From Escherichia coli (GTDB taxonomy: Bacteria; Pseudomonadota; Gammaproteobacteria; Enterobacterales; Enterobacteriaceae): a stretch of DNA of 64,000 nt. The stretch lies in assembly GCF_003790525.1 (NCBI RefSeq), contig NZ_CP033636.1; one strand, given 5' to 3'. The notes under the pieces were generated by a model that saw only the letters and a list, made by a program, of their open reading frames with translations, had not been told where the DNA came from and made no database searches. Made by a program: the position numbers and the translations under genes. Positions 8,923-21,408 of the stretch are shown here, one piece after another (the first letter of the stretch is position 1; each line of letters opens with the position of its first letter).

Positions 8923-9720
8923 ATGAAAACCGCCACTGCGCCGTTACCACCGCTGCGTTCGGTCAAGGTTCTGGACCAGTTGCGTGAGCGCATACGCTAC
9001 TTGCATTACAGCTTACGAACCGAACAGGCTTATGTCCACTGGGTTCGTGCCTTCATCCGTTTCCACGGTGTGCGTCACCCGGCAACCTTGGGCAGCAGCG
9101 AAGTCGAGGCATTTCTGTCCTGGCTGGCGAACGAGCGCAAGGTTTCGGTCTCCACGCATCGTCAGGCATTGGCGGCCTTGCTGTTCTTCTACGGCAAGGT
9201 GCTGTGCACGGATCTGCCCTGGCTTCAGGAGATCGGAAGACCTCGGCCGTCGCGGCGCTTGCCGGTGGTGCTGACCCCGGATGAAGTGGTTCGCATCCTC
9301 GGTTTTCTGGAAGGCGAGCATCGTTTGTTCGCCCAGCTTCTGTATGGAACGGGCATGCGGATCAGTGAGGGTTTGCAACTGCGGGTCAAGGATCTGGATT
9401 TCGATCACGGCACGATCATCGTGCGGGAGGGCAAGGGCTCCAAGGATCGGGCCTTGATGTTACCCGAGAGCTTGGCACCCAGCCTGCGCGAGCAGCTGTC
9501 GCGTGCACGGGCATGGTGGCTGAAGGACCAGGCCGAGGGCCGCAGCGGCGTTGCGCTTCCCGACGCCCTTGAGCGGAAGTATCCGCGCGCCGGGCATTCC
9601 TGGCCGTGGTTCTGGGTTTTTGCGCAGCACACGCATTCGACCGATCCACGGAGCGGTGTCGTGCGTCGCCATCACATGTATGACCAGACCTTTCAGCGCG
9701 CCTTCAAACGTGCCGTAGAA
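8923..9720 (+). pseudogene. intI1: class 1 integron integrase intI1, 3'-truncated by IS26 (about 266 of 337 codons retained)
   Basis: [44 protein letters not shown]... reading frame runs into IS26 IR at 9721. Confidence 0.9.
9010..9038 (-). promoter_or_regulatory. Pc cassette promoter, weak PcW configuration (-35 TGGACA, 17-bp spacer, -10 TAAGCT)
   Basis: Reverse strand reads TGGACATAAGCCTGTTCGGTTCGTAAGCT inside intI1 5' region. Confidence 0.6.
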
Positions 9721-10540
9721 GGCACTGTTGCAAAGTTAGCGATGAGGCAGCCTTTTGTCTTATTCAAAGGCCTTACATTTCAAAAACTCTGCTTACCAGG
9801 CGCATTTCGCCCAGGGGATCACCATAATAAAATGCTGAGGCCTGGCCTTTGCGTAGTGCACGCATCACCTCAATACCTTTGATGGTGGCGTAAGCCGTCT
9901 TCATGGATTTAAATCCCAGCGTGGCGCCGATTATCCGTTTCAGTTTGCCATGATCGCATTCAATCACGTTGTTCCGGTACTTAATCTGTCGGTGTTCAAC
10001 GTCAGACGGGCACCGGCCTTCGCGTTTGAGCAGAGCAAGCGCGCGACCATAGGCGGGCGCTTTATCCGTGTTGATGAATCGCGGGATCTGCCACTTCTTC
10101 ACGTTGTTGAGGATTTTACCCAGAAACCGGTATGCAGCTTTGCTGTTACGACGGGAGGAGAGATAAAAATCGACAGTGCGGCCCCGGCTGTCGACGGCCC
10201 GGTACAGATACGCCCAGCGGCCATTGACCTTCACGTAGGTTTCATCCATGTGCCACGGGCAAAGATCGGAAGGGTTACGCCAGTACCAGCGCAGCCGTTT
10301 TTCCATTTCAGGCGCATAACGCTGAACCCAGCGGTAAATCGTGGAGTGATCGACATTCACTCCGCGTTCAGCCAGCATCTCCTGCAGCTCACGGTAACTG
10401 ATGCCGTATTTGCAGTACCAGCGTACGGCCCACAGAATGATGTCACGCTGAAAATGCCGGCCTTTGAATGGGTTCATGTGCAGCTCCATCAGCAAAAGGG
10501 GATGATAAGTTTATCACCACCGACTATTTGCAACAGTGCC
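9721..10540 (-). mobile_element. IS26 copy 2 (820 bp)
   Basis: Exact IS26 IRs; flanks ccgtagaa / attctcac (no target duplication); truncates intI1. Confidence 0.95.
9773..10477 (-). CDS. tnpA: IS26 transposase Tnp26, G184 form
   Basis: Identical 234-aa product to copy 1. Confidence 0.95.
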
Positions 10541-10829
10541 ATTCTCACATGCGATCTCGAGTAGCCAGTTGTGGAAAACCGACATAAACATCCCCTGTTA
10601 CCCTGAAACTCTACTCACCATTTTTTCATAATTATATACAAACAGCCAGAAAGGCTGTTACAGGCGATTTGATCTGCAACCTATTGGTTAAATTAATGTA
10701 TCAAAAACGATGGTTTCTGTGACACATCCCTATAAGCAGTTGCCTATACAATAAAACGCTCTCCGGCTGTAACAAAACCCGTTACAGTATCAATACAACA
10801 AAAACGATGTAACAAAATAGGGTGGCAAA

Positions 10830-10976
10830 ATGATAATCGGCTATGCGCGTAAATCGACACATCTTCAGGATGTAACGCATCAGGTTGATGAACTGACAAA
10901 AGCGGGTTGCGAGCAAATCTATCATGAACAGATCTCACGCGGCGGCACTAAACGCGCCAAAAATGGTGCCCCGGAA
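10830..10976 (+). pseudogene. serine recombinase (resolvase/invertase family) 5' fragment, truncated by IS26
   Basis: MIIGYARKSTHLQDVTHQVDELTKAGCEQIYHEQISRGG... resembles N-terminus of Hin/Gin/TnpR-type recombinases; upstream region carries repeated GTTACAG/TGTAACA motifs. Confidence 0.6.
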
Positions 10977-12193
<1,217 letters not shown>

Positions 12194-12363
12194 TACGCCT
12201 ATTTTTATAGGTTAATGTCATGATAATAATGGTTTCTTAGACGTCAGGTGGCACTTTTCGGGGAAATGTGCGCGGAACCCCTATTTGTTTATTTTTCTAA
12301 ATACATTCAAATATGTATCCGCTCATGAGACAATAACCCTGGTAAATGCTTCAATAATATTGA

Positions 12364-13236
<873 letters not shown>

Positions 13237-13345
13237 CTGTCAGACCAAGTTTACTCATATATACTTTAGATTGATTTAAAACTTCATTTTTAATTTAAAA
13301 GGATCTAGGTGAAGATCCTTTTTGATAATCTCATGACCAAAATCC

Positions 13346-13383
13346 CTTAACGTGAGTTTTCGTTCCACTGAGCGTCAGACCCC
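13346..13383 (-). repeat. Tn3/Tn2 38-bp terminal inverted repeat (IRR) downstream of blaTEM
   Basis: CTTAACGTGAGTTTTCGTTCCACTGAGCGTCAGACCCC. Confidence 0.9.
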
Positions 13384-13997
13384 GTATATCGCTTGCTGAT
13401 TACGTGCAGCTTTCCCTTCAGGCGGGATTCATACAGCGGCCAGCCATCCGTCATCCATATCACCACGTCAAAGGGTGACAGCAGGCTCAGAAGACGCTCC
13501 AGTGTGGCCAGAGTGCGTTCACCGAAAACGTGCGCCACAACTGTCCTCCGTATCCTGTCATACGCGTAAAACAGCCAGCGCTGACGTGATTTAGCACCGA
13601 CGTAGCCCCACTGTTCGTCCATTTCAGCGCAGACAATCACATCACTGCCCGGTTGTATGCGCGAGGTTACCGACTGCGGCCTGAGTTTTTTAAGTGACGT
13701 AAAACCGTGTTGAGGCCAACGCCCATAATGCGGGCAGTTGCCCGGCATCCAACGCCATTCATGGCCATATCAATGATTTTCTGGTGCGTACCGGGTTGAG
13801 AAGCGGTGTAAGTGAACTGCAGTTGCCATGTTTTACGGCAGTGAGAGCAGAGATAGCGCTGGTGTCCGGCAGTGCTTTTGCCGTTACGCACCACCCCGTC
13901 AGTAGCTGAACAGGAGGGACAGCTGATAGAAACAGAAGCCACTGGAGCACCTCAAAAACACCATCATACACTAAATCAGTAAGTTGGCAGCATCACC
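13384..13997 (-). mobile_element. IS1 fragment (614 bp; insB 3' end and right IR missing), abutting Tn3 IRR
   Basis: Starts inside insB (GTATATCGCTTGCTGATTACGTGCAGC...) and ends with IS1 left IR ...ATCAGTAAGTTGGCAGCATCACC. Confidence 0.85.
13667..13942 (-). CDS. insA: IS1 InsA (within truncated IS1)
   Basis: 91-aa ORF identical in most positions to insA of the complete IS1 at 5052-5327. Confidence 0.85.
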   Translation of the reverse strand: MASVSISCPSCSATDGVVRNGKSTAGHQRYLCSHCRKTWQLQFTYTASQPGTHQKIIDMAMNGVGCRATARIMGVGLNTVLRHLKNSGRSR

Positions 13998-14043
13998 CGA
14001 TGCAGCTTTCGTCAATCATGACAGTTATGAGTTTTCCGGTTAC

Positions 14044-14367
14044 TTATCCATTTTTGCCAGCGTGTTCCGCAACATCTGTTTTACTGTTTACACAGCACTC
14101 TTCACGTAAGAATTCGATGATAGCTTCCAGTATTTCGTATTGAGAGACACACATGAGCGTTCGACTCTCCCGGTTTTGTGTGACGAGCCCTACTGATACC
14201 AGGGCTGAAATATGATGACTTAACGTTGATGAGGGAATGCCAAGCTGCTTTTGCAATTCACCTACAGGCAAACCTTGTTCTCCAGCTTTTACAAGATGTT
14301 TGAATATGAACAAACGGGTCGGGTGACCCAGCTCTTTTAGTGCTTTAGCTACTTCTTCCAGTTGCAT
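14044..14367 (-). CDS. arsR: ArsR/SmtB-family metalloregulatory transcriptional repressor
   Basis: 107-aa MQLEEVAKALKELGHPTRLFIFKHLVKAGEQGLPVGELQKQLGIPSSTLSHHISALVSVGLV... winged-HTH signature; divergent from permease gene. Confidence 0.75.
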   Translation of the reverse strand: MQLEEVAKALKELGHPTRLFIFKHLVKAGEQGLPVGELQKQLGIPSSTLSHHISALVSVGLVTQNRESRTLMCVSQYEILEAIIEFLREECCVNSKTDVAEHAGKNG

Positions 14368-14472
14368 GTGACAACCCTCTGTCTAATGATATTTCGATAA
14401 TACCAGAAATATCTTGACCAGAATTATATTTCGATTATTCTAGAAACGTAGATTTTGTCAAGAGGGTTTAGT

Positions 14473-15606
14473 ATGAATAGTTGGATTTCTATGCTGCAAG
14501 ATGCCGCAGAGATGTTTTTGTTTTTGGCCGTCGAGCTATCTTTGCTGTTTATTGTCATCAGTGCCGGTGTGAGCCTGATAAGGCAAAAGGTCCCGGACCA
14601 TAAAATCCAGCAATTGATAGGGGCGAAAAAAGGAAAAGGCTACCTGCTGGCCTCGTTGTTGGGAGCCGTTACCCCTTTCTGTAGTTGCTCAACAATTCCA
14701 ATGCTACGAGGGTTGTTGTCGGCGAAAGCAGGGTTTGGTCCGACACTCACTTTTTTGTTTGTTTCACCGTTGCTTAATCCCATTATCGTGGGGTTAATGT
14801 GGGTTACCTTTGGCTGGAAAGTAACTTTGTTGTACGCGATCATCGCTGCCGGTGTCTCAGTCCTTGCCAGTATCGTATTGGATTTACTAGGATTTGAACG
14901 TCATATTGTTGATCACAAAAACTCAGCATCAAGTGGTTGCACCACGAAATGCGATGATTCCGAAGCTTCGGTAAAAACGTCGGCGGGTTCCAGTTGTTGC
15001 AGCACTAGCTCGACTCAATTGCCTTTAAAAACGAGTTGCTGTACTTCATCAGCGAACCCCATAATTAACTTAAGGACGGTAAAGAACGAGCAGAACGTAT
15101 CAGCGTGTTGTTCATCAATATCATCTGAACAACCAGCTGTTAGCTGTTGCAGCAGCGAGAATCTGGGCAATGTGAATCTCACAACGAATACCACCTCTGG
15201 CCCAATAAAGTTAGCTATGAAAGATGCCTTACAGCAGTTTAAGGATGTTCTGCCTTATCTTTTGTTAAGTGTATTAATAGGTTCATTTATTTATGGCTTT
15301 ATCCCTTCAGAGTGGATTGCAGCTCATGCCGGAGCAGATAATCCCTTAGCCATACCGCTGAGTGCAGTTGTTGGTATTCCGTTGTATATCCGCGCAGAGG
15401 CAGTGATACCACTTGCATCAGTGCTGATGACTAAAGGAATGGGCCTGGGGGCATTAATGGCCTTGATAATCGGTAGTGCTGGAGCGAGTTTGACAGAAGT
15501 AATACTGCTTAAATCAATGTTCAGAATGCCTATGATAGTCGCTTTTCTGACAGTAATCCTGGGTATGGCCATACTTATGGGGTATCTGACCCAATTGCTT
15601 TTTTAA
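14473..15606 (+). CDS. arsP: ArsP-like permease (putative organoarsenical efflux permease) with Cys-rich central insertion
   Basis: Contains TPFCSCS motif (AVTPFCSCSTIPMLRG) recalled as diagnostic of ArsP permeases; multiple TM segments; ~90-aa Cys/Ser/Thr-rich low-complexity segment; SD AGAGGG 6 bp upstream of ATG 14473. Confidence 0.7.
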   Translation: MNSWISMLQDAAEMFLFLAVELSLLFIVISAGVSLIRQKVPDHKIQQLIGAKKGKGYLLASLLGAVTPFCSCSTIPMLRGLLSAKAGFGPTLTFLFVSPLLNPIIVGLMWVTFGWKVTLLYAIIAAGVSVLASIVLDLLGFERHIVDHKNSASSGCTTKCDDSEASVKTSAGSSCCSTSSTQLPLKTSCCTSSANPIINLRTVKNEQNVSACCSSISSEQPAVSCCSSENLGNVNLTTNTTSGPIKLAMKDALQQFKDVLPYLLLSVLIGSFIYGFIPSEWIAAHAGADNPLAIPLSAVVGIPLYIRAEAVIPLASVLMTKGMGLGALMALIIGSAGASLTEVILLKSMFRMPMIVAFLTVILGMAILMGYLTQLLF

Positions 15607-15630
15607 TAATAATAGTAAGGGTCTTCTGGT

Positions 15631-16450
15631 GGCACTGTTGCAAATAGTCGGTGGTGATAAACTTATCATCCCCTTTTGCTGATGGAGCTGCACATGAACC
15701 CATTCAAAGGCCGGCATTTTCAGCGTGACATCATTCTGTGGGCCGTACGCTGGTACTGCAAATACGGCATCAGTTACCGTGAGCTGCAGGAGATGCTGGC
15801 TGAACGCGGAGTGAATGTCGATCACTCCACGATTTACCGCTGGGTTCAGCGTTATGCGCCTGAAATGGAAAAACGGCTGCGCTGGTACTGGCGTAACCCT
15901 TCCGATCTTTGCCCGTGGCACATGGATGAAACCTACGTGAAGGTCAATGGCCGCTGGGCGTATCTGTACCGGGCCGTCGACAGCCGGGGCCGCACTGTCG
16001 ATTTTTATCTCTCCTCCCGTCGTAACAGCAAAGCTGCATACCGGTTTCTGGGTAAAATCCTCAACAACGTGAAGAAGTGGCAGATCCCACGATTCATCAA
16101 CACGGATAAAGCGCCCGCCTATGGTCGCGCGCTTGCTCTGCTCAAACGCGAAGGCCGGTGCCCGTCTGACGTTGAACACCGACAGATTAAGTACCGGAAC
16201 AACGTGATTGAATGCGATCATGGCAAACTGAAACGGATAATCAACGCCACGCTGGGATTTAAATCCATGAAGACGGCTTACGCCACCATCAAAGGTATTG
16301 AGGTGATGCGTGCACTACGCAAAGGCCAGGCCTCAGCATTTTATTATGGTGATCCCCTGGGCGAAATGCGCCTGGTAAGCAGAGTTTTTGAAATGTAAGG
16401 CCTTTGAATAAGACAAAAGGCTGCCTCATCGCTAACTTTGCAACAGTGCC
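15631..16450 (+). mobile_element. IS26 copy 4 (820 bp), G184N variant type, flanked by 8-bp direct repeat CTTCTGGT
   Basis: Exact IS26 IRs; 15623-15630 and 16451-16458 both CTTCTGGT (target site duplication of a simple insertion). Confidence 0.95.
15694..16398 (+). CDS. tnpA: IS26 transposase, G184N variant
   Basis: ...[15 protein letters not shown]... Confidence 0.9.
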   Translation: MNPFKGRHFQRDIILWAVRWYCKYGISYRELQEMLAERGVNVDHSTIYRWVQRYAPEMEKRLRWYWRNPSDLCPWHMDETYVKVNGRWAYLYRAVDSRGRTVDFYLSSRRNSKAAYRFLGKILNNVKKWQIPRFINTDKAPAYGRALALLKREGRCPSDVEHRQIKYRNNVIECDHGKLKRIINATLGFKSMKTAYATIKGIEVMRALRKGQASAFYYGDPLGEMRLVSRVFEM

Positions 16451-16559
16451 CTTCTGGTTTCATGTTGAACAAAGAAGACCCTTTAGCTTCTGTAATCCAT
16501 TTAATCAGTCTGAATGAAATAGATTATAAATTCTGCTCTGCATACCTGCTTAACCAAAG

Positions 16560-16930
16560 TCTCATGATTCTGATTGTCGGTACAGTGCCTGAATGTGGCA
16601 TATCTGGGAGGTGCTGTACCCTGTTGCATCTGCCGTTTCTTTCTTGACCTGCCGGTAGTAAAGTACCTTTTGATGCCGTTCCTGAGCGACCTGTTTTCCC
16701 TGATATTTACCCAGCGTATGTGCGAGTTCAACTCCCTGCTTTTGGCGCTGGCGGTCAATTTGCTCGACCAGCAAAATATCATTGCGGTGACTGTCCATCA
16801 GTAAGCGACCCAGTTCCGGTCGGTCAAGTTTTGTACCGCTGATATTCTCCCGGTAGTAACTGGCTATTTTATGCCCCCGCTCCTAAACAAACTGCTCCAG
16901 CATCTCTTTTGCCCGATCGGTGAACTGATC
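16560..16930 (-). pseudogene. degenerate serine recombinase (resolvase-like) remnant upstream of tnpA
   Basis: Minus-strand translation ...YYRENISGTKLDRPELGRLLMDSHRNDILLVEQIDR... resembles the SG.K.DRP.L..LL...GD.LVV..LDRL core of serine recombinases but frame is interrupted. Confidence 0.35.
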
Positions 16931-17133
16931 TTCCGTCTATGCCCTTAAATAAGTGCTGATGAACATTTTTTCACCGCATTACCGCATTTAGGTTATTGCA
17001 TTTAATCTATCGCATATAGGCTATGTCGTTCATTGTGTGCCGTCACGTTTAGATTATGGTGTCAGGGTATACCCTTATGCGATAACCATTTTTGTTAAAA
17101 ATAACGCATCGAATAATTTATGAGGAAAACTAT

Positions 17134-20121
17134 ATGGCAAGGAGGCAGATTCTTTCTCTGTCGGAAAGAGAATCATTACTGGCATTACCGGACGATGAGT
17201 TAACGCTGACCCGAATGGCCTATTTCAGTGAGCATGATCTGGCGCTTATCAGTGCTCACCGTAAACCCGCCAGCCGTTTTGGTTTTGCCGTCCTTCTTTG
17301 CTATCTGAAAAATGTCGGCTTTGCCCCGGATAAAAAAATCTCTCCCTCTGATGCGCTGCTGAAGCATATCGCCAGCAGGCTAAAGCTTACCGGGGATCTC
17401 TGGCCTGCTTACCTTTCCGGCCGGGATACGACCCGGCGTGAGCATTTAACCGAACTGTACCGCTATCTTGGCGTAAAGGCGTTCACCGGCAAAATACAGC
17501 AGGACTGTATTACGCACCTGTTATCGATGGCGACGCGCACCGATAAAGGCATTCTCCTAGCCGAAGAGTTACTTGTCTATCTCCGGCAGAACAACGTGAT
17601 AATCCCCGCGATTGATGTCGTGGAGCGTACCTGTGCTGAAGTCATGGCAGGCGGCGATAAAATCGTATTTCAGACCCTGAATGCCCCGTTAACTCCGGCT
17701 CACAGGGATGCCCTGGATCATTTACTTGAGTCATCAGATAATCAGCCTTCCAGGCTGACATGGCTTCTGCAACCGCCGGGTAAAATCAATGGTAAGAACG
17801 TGCTGCAACATCTTGATCGGCTCAGCAGCATTGAATCGCTGGCATTACCTGAAGGTATAGATCGTACCATTCACCAGAACCGGTTGCTGAAACTGGCGCG
17901 GGAAGGCCGAAAGATGAGTAGCCGGGATTTGACCCGATTTTCAGCTGCCCGGCGTCATGCGATCCTGGTGTGCGTGCTGGAAGAAGCCAGAGCCACACTG
18001 ACAGACGAAGTGATTGAGCTGCATGAGCGAATGCTGAATAGTCTTTTCAGCAAAGCCAAACGAACACAGGCTGAGCGCCTTCAGCAGACCGGAAAGCTGA
18101 TCCAGTCAAAACTGAGGCAGTACATCGATGTCGGTCAGGCGCTGTCTGATGCCCGTGATTCCGGTGGCGATCCCTGGCTCGCAATAGAAAACATACTCCC
18201 ATGGGCTGAATTTGTCGCCAGTCTGGATGAAACACGCCATCTCGCCAGAAAAAATAATTTTGACCCGCTGCATATTATTACCGAGAAATACAGCACATTA
18301 CGGAAATATGCCCCACGCATGTTGTCCGCTTTACAGTTAGTCGCAACCCCGGCAGCGCAACCTCTGGCTGATGCACTGGTTGTGATCAAGGATATGTACC
18401 GGAAGCAGTCACGTAAAGTTCCGGCGGCAGCGCCGCTTGAGTTTGTCCCTGAAAGCTGGCGCAAGGTGGTGATTACACCTGTGGGTATTGACCGGCAGTA
18501 CTATGAGTTTTGTGCACTCAGCGAGCTTAAGGGGGCGTTGCGCTCCGGGGATATCTGGGTTAAAGGCTCGCGCCGCTACAAAAATTTTGATGATTACCTC
18601 ATACCCGAGAAGGACTTTGACAAACTCACACCGGCACTGCCACTGCCCGTATCTGCTGATTATCATGAGTACATTACCAGCCGTATGACCCTGCTTCAGT
18701 CCAGACTTGAAGAGGTCAATGCCATGGCTGCCCTTGGTGAACTGCCCGATGTGGAAATATCCGACAGGGGCGTAAAAGTCTCTCCGCTGGATAACTGCGT
18801 TCCGGCGCAGGTTTCACCGCTGGCAGAGCTGGTTTACAGCATGCTACCGCGACCTAAAATCACGGAAATTCTCGATGAGGTAAACAGCTGGACGACGTTT
18901 ACCCGACATTTTTCGCATATAAAAAATGACATTACCCGTCCCGATACCCGCTTGCTCCTCACCACCATTCTTGCGGATGGCATCAATCTTGGCCTGACCA
19001 AAATGGCAGAAGCCTGCCCCGGGAGCACCAAATCATCACTCGAAGATATTCAGGCATGGTACATCCGTGACGAAACCTATTCAGCCGCTCTTGCAGAGCT
19101 GGTAAATGCGCAGGGGAAAAGACCGTTGGCGGCATTTTGGGGAGACGGAACAACGTCATCATCAGATGGACAAAATTTCAGAACCGGCAGCTCAGGCCGC
19201 TACGCAGGGCAGGTTAACCCGAAATATGGGCAAGAGCCTGGACGTCAGTTTTATACCCATATTTCGGATCAATACAGCCCGTTTTACACCTGCATAATCA
19301 GTCGGGTCAGGGATTCAACCCATGTTCTCGATGGCTTGCTGTACCACGAAAGCGACCTGGAAATCAGGGAACATTACACCGATACCGCTGGTTTCACCGA
19401 TCATGTCTTTGCCCTGATGCATCTGTTGGGATTTGCGTTCTGTCCGCGAATCAGGGATCTCCACGACAAAAAACTGTTTATCAAAGGGAAAGCAGAGAAA
19501 TACCCGGCGCTTCAGTCACTGATATCAACGACCAGCCTGAATCTGAAAGAGATCGAAATCCACTGGCGTGAAGTGCTGCGTCTGGCAACCTCGATAAAGC
19601 AGGGAACCGTGACGGCATCCCTGATGCTGAAAAAGCTTGCCAGCTATCCCAAGCAAAACGGACTTGCCAAAGCACTGAGAGAAATTGGCCGCATTGAGCG
19701 AACCCTGTTTATGCTCGACTGGTTCCGCGACCCGGCTCTGCGTCGGCGGGTACAGGCGGGGCTGAATAAAGGCGAAGCCCGTAACGCGCTGGCGCGTGCG
19801 GTATTTATGCACCGACTGGGAGAAATCAGGGACAGAAAACCGGAAAATCAGAGCTATCGCGCCAGTGGACTGACGCTGCTGACGGCTGCCATATCCCTGT
19901 GGAATACCGTCTATATGGAAAGAGCGGTCGATGCCCTGAAGCGTAAAGGGGTGAAGATCAACGAGCAACTGCTGTCGCATTTGTCGCCGTTGGGCTGGGA
20001 ACACATCAATCTGACAGGTGATTATATCTGGAAAAGCAACCGGATACCGGCTTCTGGTAAGTTTCGTCGGCTAAGACCAGCTAAAGTCGAAAGGTCAAAA
20101 AACAGCCTTAACGTACAATAA
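17134..20121 (+). CDS. tnpA: Tn3-family (Tn21-subgroup-like) transposase TnpA, apparently intact
   Basis: 995-aa [44 protein letters not shown]... to ...[45 protein letters not shown]; SD GAGGA upstream; stop inside 38-bp IR. Confidence 0.9.
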   Translation: MARRQILSLSERESLLALPDDELTLTRMAYFSEHDLALISAHRKPASRFGFAVLLCYLKNVGFAPDKKISPSDALLKHIASRLKLTGDLWPAYLSGRDTTRREHLTELYRYLGVKAFTGKIQQDCITHLLSMATRTDKGILLAEELLVYLRQNNVIIPAIDVVERTCAEVMAGGDKIVFQTLNAPLTPAHRDALDHLLESSDNQPSRLTWLLQPPGKINGKNVLQHLDRLSSIESLALPEGIDRTIHQNRLLKLAREGRKMSSRDLTRFSAARRHAILVCVLEEARATLTDEVIELHERMLNSLFSKAKRTQAERLQQTGKLIQSKLRQYIDVGQALSDARDSGGDPWLAIENILPWAEFVASLDETRHLARKNNFDPLHIITEKYSTLRKYAPRMLSALQLVATPAAQPLADALVVIKDMYRKQSRKVPAAAPLEFVPESWRKVVITPVGIDRQYYEFCALSELKGALRSGDIWVKGSRRYKNFDDYLIPEKDFDKLTPALPLPVSADYHEYITSRMTLLQSRLEEVNAMAALGELPDVEISDRGVKVSPLDNCVPAQVSPLAELVYSMLPRPKITEILDEVNSWTTFTRHFSHIKNDITRPDTRLLLTTILADGINLGLTKMAEACPGSTKSSLEDIQAWYIRDETYSAALAELVNAQGKRPLAAFWGDGTTSSSDGQNFRTGSSGRYAGQVNPKYGQEPGRQFYTHISDQYSPFYTCIISRVRDSTHVLDGLLYHESDLEIREHYTDTAGFTDHVFALMHLLGFAFCPRIRDLHDKKLFIKGKAEKYPALQSLISTTSLNLKEIEIHWREVLRLATSIKQGTVTASLMLKKLASYPKQNGLAKALREIGRIERTLFMLDWFRDPALRRRVQAGLNKGEARNALARAVFMHRLGEIRDRKPENQSYRASGLTLLTAAISLWNTVYMERAVDALKRKGVKINEQLLSHLSPLGWEHINLTGDYIWKSNRIPASGKFRRLRPAKVERSKNSLNVQ

Positions 20122-20144
20122 TTTTCGATATCCAAACTGACCCC
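20107..20144 (-). repeat. 38-bp Tn3-family terminal inverted repeat belonging to the tnpA at 17134-20121
   Basis: Reverse complement GGGGTCAGTTTGGATATCGAAAATTATTGTACGTTAAG; differs from the Tn3, Tn21, Tn1721 and Tn5393 repeats present elsewhere in the window. Confidence 0.75.
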
Positions 20145-20403
20145 GAATACAAGGACAATGCCGGTACCGCCTGATTACTTCTGGCGTCGTCTACAATGTT
20201 ACTCCAGGCATATGCTGCGTCGTCCGGGGTTTGTTTTGGATCTATGTCCAATGTCGGCCAGACGTGGCCCTGATGATTCTTGCCCTTTGTACAGGAAGTG
20301 ATTAAGTGTACTGAGCGTTCAGAGAACATTATCTTCCTTACATACCCATAGAACAGCTTTCTAAGAACGGTGGGCTCGGCTGAAAATTACAAATCAGCCC
20401 CTT

Positions 20404-20766
20404 TCACGGCATCATTTTGATTCTTCGCGTCTGCCCCAGTAAGATGACCGGTTTTCTGCATGACAGTGTTATTCCTAACAAACGCAACACAAAACCACGC
20501 CAGCCAGAGCAAATTTTTTCATTTGCTGCGTAAAGCCTATTGTTTTCTCTTTTAAGCTTCGCCCACTCGTTACAGAGGGTAACATCATCAAGCGCTGTTA
20601 TATGCTTCGCCTCACCTTCGACGATAACGGTATGGATACCGTATGCTGTAAATCTCATACTATTTTCCAGAACCCAGTTGCGGTATTCGTCGAGTCCACC
20701 TTCGGAACCGGTAGCTCTGCGCCACATTTCAATTTGCTTGTGTGATGGGTCAAGTGTACTTGTCAT
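20404..20766 (-). CDS. hypothetical protein (120 aa)
   Basis: ORF only; no recognisable motif. Confidence 0.3.
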   Translation of the reverse strand: MTSTLDPSHKQIEMWRRATGSEGGLDEYRNWVLENSMRFTAYGIHTVIVEGEAKHITALDDVTLCNEWAKLKRENNRLYAANEKICSGWRGFVLRLLGITLSCRKPVILLGQTRRIKMMP

Positions 20767-21408
20767 TGAAGCCTCGTCTCAGCGATAACGCTTGAAATAG
20801 CCCGCTTTGGTCATCATGAAATTAGCCATCTGACTGGCGATTTGATTGTATCTTACTCATAGTGCCCTACCTATAGGTTAAAAAGGGGCATTTTCGCTTT
20901 ATAGCGTGTTCAGCAGCATCAATCCTCCCAAGAAAGGCTGGCTTATTAAGCCGGTCCATCATTTTCTGTATATCTCTCATCAATTTTTATATCCGCCCTG
21001 GAGTGCACCGTTCAAGCACACCGATTAGGCAGATAGTCACTAGTTAACTCTTTACTAGTGACTAAATTCCATTGATATACGTGACAACGTCACGTCATGA
21101 AAGCTTTTAAATGCCTATTTTTCATACAATGGGATTTAATTAGGAGTAAATCCCATAGGCTTACATAAGGATGACAATTAAAAGCGTTAAATATCAACCA
21201 GATAGAATGATTACCCCCAATTAATGGGCTCATCACATTATTTCACTGGCTGGGGTTATTGCTGGCATATCTGAAAGTGCTAATATGTTAGTCATTAGTA
21301 ATTAGTAAAGCCTTTACTAAACGCGTTTCTACGTAATTTCTATAGGTTTTATAGTGTCCTACCTTTGCTCAAATCAAAATGTTCTGACATACCAAAATGG
21401 AGTGTAAA

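Noticed and set aside
9013-9675. Minus-strand ORFs of 71-131 aa inside intI1 (mirrored at 43732-44583)
   Set aside because: Antisense to intI1; the longest corresponds to the known open antisense frame through the Pc region but has no evidence of coding here.
16438-16804. Short plus- and minus-strand ORFs between IS26 copy 4 and tnpA
   Set aside because: They overlap the frame-disrupted recombinase remnant and lack start-site signals; treated as relics rather than genes.
18047-20004. Minus-strand ORFs of 62-159 aa inside the Tn3-family tnpA (and 58277-60920 inside the Tn21 tnpA)
   Set aside because: Nested antisense frames within long, clearly coding transposase genes.
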